From: Salisapilia sapeloensis CBS 127946
Lineage: Eukaryota; Protista; Oomycota
Length of the DNA stretch: 64,000 bases
NCBI GenBank assembly: GCA_023334545.1
Contig: JAADVB010000060.1
Coordinates: forward strand, 19,068-83,067
Direction: 5' to 3'
The notes beneath the pieces were generated by a model. That model searched no databases. It was not told the DNA's origin and saw nothing but the letters and a program-made list of their open reading frames with translations. The stretch's first letter is position 1; the number at the start of each line of letters is the position of its first letter. A program made the translations under genes and the position numbers. This document shows positions 58,975 to 64,000 of this stretch, one piece after another.

Positions 58975-60720
58975 TTAGACGGAGTCGCCCCTCTTCCTGC
59001 CGTTCAAGGGATGGAGCGTTGGCGTTAAGCTCTCGGAGTATATTCCAAAAGTATCTGCGACCGGCGTGTGGGAGAAGAAGGCTGGTGAAAGATCTGTGTG
59101 GCGAGGTGACATGAACGTCGGATAGTCGCGAGATCGACTGGAGGGAGCATCTTTTCCCCGCGGTACTAAGCTCCATTCCACCTGTGGAAGTCCAAGGAAG
59201 TCTCGTGTATCAGGTTGAGCGATGAGAGGGATGTCTTGGTCCAAAATACCTCGAAATTGGAGACCAAGTACTCGTTCGAGAAAGCGTTGCAACTGAGAGG
59301 CTCTGCGTTCGACATAGCGTGCATCCGTGCACCTGAAGAATGTTTTACTCGGTAGATAGCGATGGACACTTAAATTTGGCACTTTGGTCTCCAGTAAAGA
59401 TGCCAGGGCGTCAAATTCCGAGTAGCGATGTTCGACCTTGATGGTCTCAAGGCCTCCTTCCGCATAGTAGAGGACACTAATGACGTACCGCACGATTCCA
59501 TTCTGTACTGCCGCACTTGTTATTTCAACTGTGAAAGCTCCCTCGTTAAAGCGGTCCGCTGGCCACAGTCGAGGAGGTACATAGCGGCTACATTTGTTCG
59601 GAAAGAGTGGACGCATGCTTCGAGTCGATGGGCGGGACCTGGAAACCTGGCTGAGCACGTCAATCCAGTTGTCATCGGCCTTGAAAGTCGATGGGATGTC
59701 CGCAGCAGACGTTCTCCGAATAGGACTCCTACTGATAAATGGCTCGGAGCCATCGACGCCGAACCATCCACTAGGAAGCATCGGACGTGCATCCGGCCGC
59801 TCCAATCGAGCTATGCAGCTTTTTGCTGTCGCAAACACAGGTTGTGGCTGCGGCTTTGACAGATCGAGAAAGTCTCGAACAATACTATTGCTGGCAACCG
59901 GCTCACTCACAGTTACGAGCCGATTGAATCCGTGCTCATTGATCCGCAACACATAAGTAAGAAATGTTAAAACAGCTTCGCCGTGGTCGTTTATGTATGC
60001 TTGCGAGCGTGATGAGATGCGAGATGGCTGTCGTGGTAGGTTGTCTACTAGACGATGACCAACGTAGAGAAGCGTCATCTCTTCTGTAAACTTTGTCAGC
60101 TCTTGTTCCGTTTTCGTCACAAACATCACGTATGATTTCTTTCTTGACAATCGAACGGTTCGGTCCTCCATACGACGCACCGTGTTACAAAGCAAAGCAA
60201 AGCAATAGTGGAGTTCCCCATTGCGTTGGTAGACTGCAGCCATTCGGAATGTGAAATCTCCAGAGTAGGCAAAGACAGGGGACCACGCTTGCGGTTCACA
60301 GAATTGTTGATAGACTCCTTCGTAGCCTATTGGGATGCTTTCTTCGTCTGGATGGGCACCGACTTGATCCGTCTGGACGTTCGCGCGGGAACTAAACCAG
60401 AAACGGGGTCGATACTGAAGTGTGTTTTTCAGTAGTCGGTTGGTGCCGTCCGGGTCTAAGCGACTGGAAATACTTGCATAGCTGCTGAATCCACCGTCCA
60501 TTTTGGCAGAGGGGAGCTCTGCGTATCCATCGCTGCCTGAATACTCTGCTGAACATGCTCGTGTTGCCGGAATAGTTTCATTCTGAGGCGGGTCTCCAGT
60601 TCGAAAGGAGACTGTGTTTTTAAGTAGTGTTACGTATGAGCTTCGTAGTAGAGGTCTCGGTGAGTCTGCTGCAGGGGCAGTCCATCCGCAGGACCATGTA
60701 GCCATCTCAGTGTAAAGCAA
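58975..60720 (-). CDS. PX (phox homology) domain protein with unassigned N-terminal domain
   Basis: PX signature FTVEIT...VRYVISV...VEHRYSEFDALASLL...LPSKTFF...YVERRASQLQRFLERVL. The start is uncertain (the ORF begins at TTG; first ATG at 60702). Confidence 0.8.
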   Translation of the reverse strand: MLYTEMATWSCGWTAPAADSPRPLLRSSYVTLLKNTVSFRTGDPPQNETIPATRACSAEYSGSDGYAELPSAKMDGGFSSYASISSRLDPDGTNRLLKNTLQYRPRFWFSSRANVQTDQVGAHPDEESIPIGYEGVYQQFCEPQAWSPVFAYSGDFTFRMAAVYQRNGELHYCFALLCNTVRRMEDRTVRLSRKKSYVMFVTKTEQELTKFTEEMTLLYVGHRLVDNLPRQPSRISSRSQAYINDHGEAVLTFLTYVLRINEHGFNRLVTVSEPVASNSIVRDFLDLSKPQPQPVFATAKSCIARLERPDARPMLPSGWFGVDGSEPFISRSPIRRTSAADIPSTFKADDNWIDVLSQVSRSRPSTRSMRPLFPNKCSRYVPPRLWPADRFNEGAFTVEITSAAVQNGIVRYVISVLYYAEGGLETIKVEHRYSEFDALASLLETKVPNLSVHRYLPSKTFFRCTDARYVERRASQLQRFLERVLGLQFRGILDQDIPLIAQPDTRDFLGLPQVEWSLVPRGKDAPSSRSRDYPTFMSPRHTDLSPAFFSHTPVADTFGIYSESLTPTLHPLNGRKRGDSV

Positions 60721-61034
60721 ATTTAAATCTAATTTTCTACGGACAAAAGTGTGGAGACCGTTGTCGTGGGACGAGCGAACGAAAGAAGATTAGGCGAACA
60801 GCACTACAGAAAGTATTGGGATCTTTCAAATAGATGATGGCTTCAACTCCTGGATATCTCAATTAGGAGGAAGAATGTACGGAGCTGGTCGGACGTGTGG
60901 GGCTTTCTCGCCGGTCGCTTCTTGGAATGTAGTAGAGCAAATATTGTCCGTTATAGAAAGCGTTACATGTACAGTTAGTCTGGATGGAAATCTGATGGCT
61001 TTTCATCATTCTTAGTTTCTCGCTACCATCCCCA

Positions 61035-61772
61035 ATGGCTTATACAGGACCAGGCATAGCAGCCAGCATTGCGCTACTCAATGCCGTTGTCTTTAACATC
61101 GTTGCATTCGTATTACCGATGTGGAGTACCACGTCATCCGGATCATATCTTGCAGACCAAGTCGAGGATGCTACTTTTTCCGCTGGTGTCTGGGGATATT
61201 GCATCAAGCTCGACTATGTCGATTCTTCCAGTGACGAGGATACCACACGCAGCTTTGACAGCTGCTGGTACTTTCACACTTCATCCAATATGGAGATCCC
61301 GAGTATCTCAAGTGAGCTCCCAACAGATTTTGGCGATACCAGTGTCTGTGACATATACGACGGAAACGCTGAGACGAATACCACAGTAACGGGCTTGGCA
61401 GCGCTATCATCGATATCAGAACGTGCTTTTAAAAACTTCCTTGAGCAATCTTGTGGATCCTTGGGCATAGCAACTTTGGTCATGGAAAGTATCAGCGTCG
61501 GAGCCGGTGTAATAGCATTCACCATGCTACTATTGGCTCTCACTTGCTGTATCACGAAGGCTATGTTTACCACAGTACCGCAGGTATTGTCCGTCGTGGC
61601 CTTCGTTACGAGCTTGCTCGCGTTTATTCTTTGGCTCGTACAGTCAAAGTCTTTGAGCAATAGTGATCCAGACAACATATCCCTTGACGCATCATTCATC
61701 ATGACCGTCATATCCACCGTGTCTTACTTTGCAACTGCTTTACTCATTGCGCGGCATTCGACGTTCAAGTGA
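61035..61772 (+). CDS. Claudin/PMP22-like four-transmembrane protein
   Basis: TM1 ending LPMW, first loop with SAGVWGYC and further Cys residues, then three more hydrophobic helices. Confidence 0.75.
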   Translation: MAYTGPGIAASIALLNAVVFNIVAFVLPMWSTTSSGSYLADQVEDATFSAGVWGYCIKLDYVDSSSDEDTTRSFDSCWYFHTSSNMEIPSISSELPTDFGDTSVCDIYDGNAETNTTVTGLAALSSISERAFKNFLEQSCGSLGIATLVMESISVGAGVIAFTMLLLALTCCITKAMFTTVPQVLSVVAFVTSLLAFILWLVQSKSLSNSDPDNISLDASFIMTVISTVSYFATALLIARHSTFK

Positions 61773-62115
61773 AAACCTCTTCAAGTAGCATCACCCGAAG
61801 TTTCCACATCATGTACAAATAACAAAATACACTTTTGAAGAATGATCAACTATACTACCTGTCTTTCAATCATCCAAGAATTACTATTGCAAAGCTTTAT
61901 GCAAAGCGTAAAGACTCTGATAGGCATGGTCGGGATCCCAAGAGCTCAACGCAAGCATGGCTTGTACCAAGTGAACCATATGGGTACCATTTGTGGGACC
62001 TCCGAGGCGTATACAAAAACGAAGATAAAAACCATTAAGCTGAACACGAAGTCATCGCTCGTAGATCTCAACTCCCAGCACCTCTTCCTGCTTCACAAGC
62101 GCTGCATAATTCAAG

Positions 62116-64000
62116 ATGACGATGCTAGTAGGATATCCTATTATGGGCCTGAGCTACGCTCGTGGATACTTTGCTATCTGCGGTGGTGGTGGCTCCCTCA
62201 AGTCTGGTATTAAGAACACTGTGGTAAGCTACCCACCTCTTCCTAGTCTAGAGATGACATTTTTATTCATTACTGTGCGCTATAGGACATTTATAAATTG
62301 TCTGAAGCCGAGAGCACTGGATTCGAGAAAGTTATCACGGCTGAAACCGGTAGTGAGCTGCCTTCTGGCGTCGCTTTCTCCCATGACGTATATATGTTAT
62401 TCATTTATTTTGTGTCATTGTATTAAATCTATCTACAGGGACAACTGATAGCCGTATCTGTAAATTGTGCTTGTTGGATCTTTGAACTCAATCTTCAAGA
62501 GAATAAAATGCAGCTACTTGTTAAATTCCGAACCGACTTCGCAGAAGAAGAGAGCTCGCAGGTATTTCTTTTCAACATATTTCCATCTATAAACAGCTAC
62601 TAACTCTTATAGACTTGTGCTTGTTTCGTTGGGAACTCGACCGTCTTGACAGGTGGAGAGGATGGTGTCGTGCGTGTATGGAAGCTCAGTCGAGAGTTCT
62701 CTGCAAATGAAAAGTCTGCTGGTACCGATGCTTCTCTCCAAGTACCAGATCCATCGAGTAAGAAAAGTACAAAGAAACCATCAGCTCCTCAGCTGGGAGA
62801 CAGCGCTATTCACAAGCAGAACATGATCACACTTACACGTGAGTATCGTGGCCACTCGAAGCGCATTCGTGAAATCCATGTCGATCCTTCCCATCGTAAT
62901 CTGGTTGTCTCCAGTTCACTGGATCAATCGTGTCATCTCTGGCGTCTAACGGAACTATCTACGTTGTGTGAATTCTCCAAGGACGATGCACTGGAAGAGT
63001 CCTATCGAATGCTCAACATGAAGCTTCCTCCAGGTCCACGCAAACATCAGTTCCGATGCGTCCGATTTGCGAATGACGGTCGGAAGCTCTATACAGTTTT
63101 AACTCCTGCTCGTGGAGACTCGATCGTCGTCAAGTGGGTACCAGAAACTATCGCACAGACAGAGGAAGGGCAGTGGAAGTGGGTCATTGAATTTGCTGCT
63201 GTTGCTGGTAACCGTCCTGTTGGCAGTCTATGCGTCAGTCCGGACGACAAGTTCCTTTGTACTGCTGCTGTGTCCGGTGAAATCAGCGTTTTTAAGGCAG
63301 AGACATTGGAAGGGTATCGCCAACGGTCGAAAGACCAGCATTCGTTTGCGATCACAGGCATGAGCTTTGCACCGATAGAAGATAAACAGTCCAAGGTCTG
63401 CCATTTGGTCACGGGTGGAGCTGACAAGTTCGTTCTTCGTCATGAAGTACCATTGGAAGGTGGGGAAGTCATCTCGCGATGGATGGCACTCAAAACTGTG
63501 CTCTCGGAACTGATCGCTAGTCTTATGACGATGGGCTTGGGTGCGATTGCCGGCTTTACGCTCTTGTTCGCACTGCTCATGTTCCTCCATGCTGATCAGA
63601 ACATTCTGAATGACGGACCCTTGACTGCTCTTGATGTATGTATTACGATTACCGAATGTGTAGTATAGTATTGATGAATATGTGGATGTAGGAGCTAATG
63701 GAGTTGAACGTGGAGTCGATGGATGCGATGGCAACAGTTGGAGCAGTAGGTGTGAGTACTCTGATGGCATGTCTAGTTGCATTCGCGTTGTCGGTTCGGA
63801 CGGCAGTGTTTACCAATGGACTTGTATGCCTCGTGGCGGCAATATTGGCCTTCGTCGTGGCGATGAGTCCTAGTCGACAGCTCGGGTGGGTGACGGGGAA
63901 TGCTGCGTTGGACGACCTGCTCGGTATGCGTACTTTTGGTTTGTATGAGGTTTACTTACTGACGTTGTGGTGCAGATTACAAGATGTCGGTGGTGTTCAG
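62116..64000 (+). CDS. SEC12: Sec12/PREB Sar1 guanine-nucleotide exchange factor (WD40 propeller), multi-exon, 3' end beyond window
   Basis: K-loop CGGGGSLKSGIKN, KFRTDF, TGGEDGVVRVW, FRCVRF and HSFAIT motifs. Frame-preserving introns 62224..62285, 62388..62438, 62562..62612, 63636..63691 and 63924..63975. Confidence 0.85.

Overview
This is not prokaryotic DNA. It is a gene-dense eukaryotic window, most likely an oomycete or close stramenopile relative. Evidence for the taxon: short GT-AG introns (about 50-74 nt), an oomycete-type Inr/FPR core promoter, and a GT48 glucan synthase fused to an MFS transporter domain. About 24 protein-coding genes can be supported, many only after splicing by hand. 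They include WRAP53 (partial), RBMX2, a SMYD methyltransferase, CBP/p300, a Tim17-family protein, a giant repetitive EF-hand protein, the glucan synthase-MFS fusion, SF3B1, an EDR2-like PH-START-DUF1336 protein, a BT1-like transporter, dihydroxyacetone kinase, an ArfGAP, an EF-WD40-EF protein, a Dpy-30/IQ protein, a secreted trypsin-like protease, USP10, Rac, BLOC1S2, a PX protein, a claudin-like protein and SEC12 (partial). There is also one tRNA-Ser(UGA). No CRISPR array or intact mobile element is visible. The leads most worth following are: a six-fold repeated W-x-ELLD-x-x-KW EF-hand module; the glucan synthase-transporter fusion; an FGDF G3BP-binding motif in a hidden first exon of USP10; a Cys domain resembling giant-virus glycosyltransferase repeats inside an IQ protein; extra membrane helices on SEC12; and a one-residue deletion beside the K700-equivalent of SF3B1. 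All homology calls come from motif recognition and memory, not database searches.
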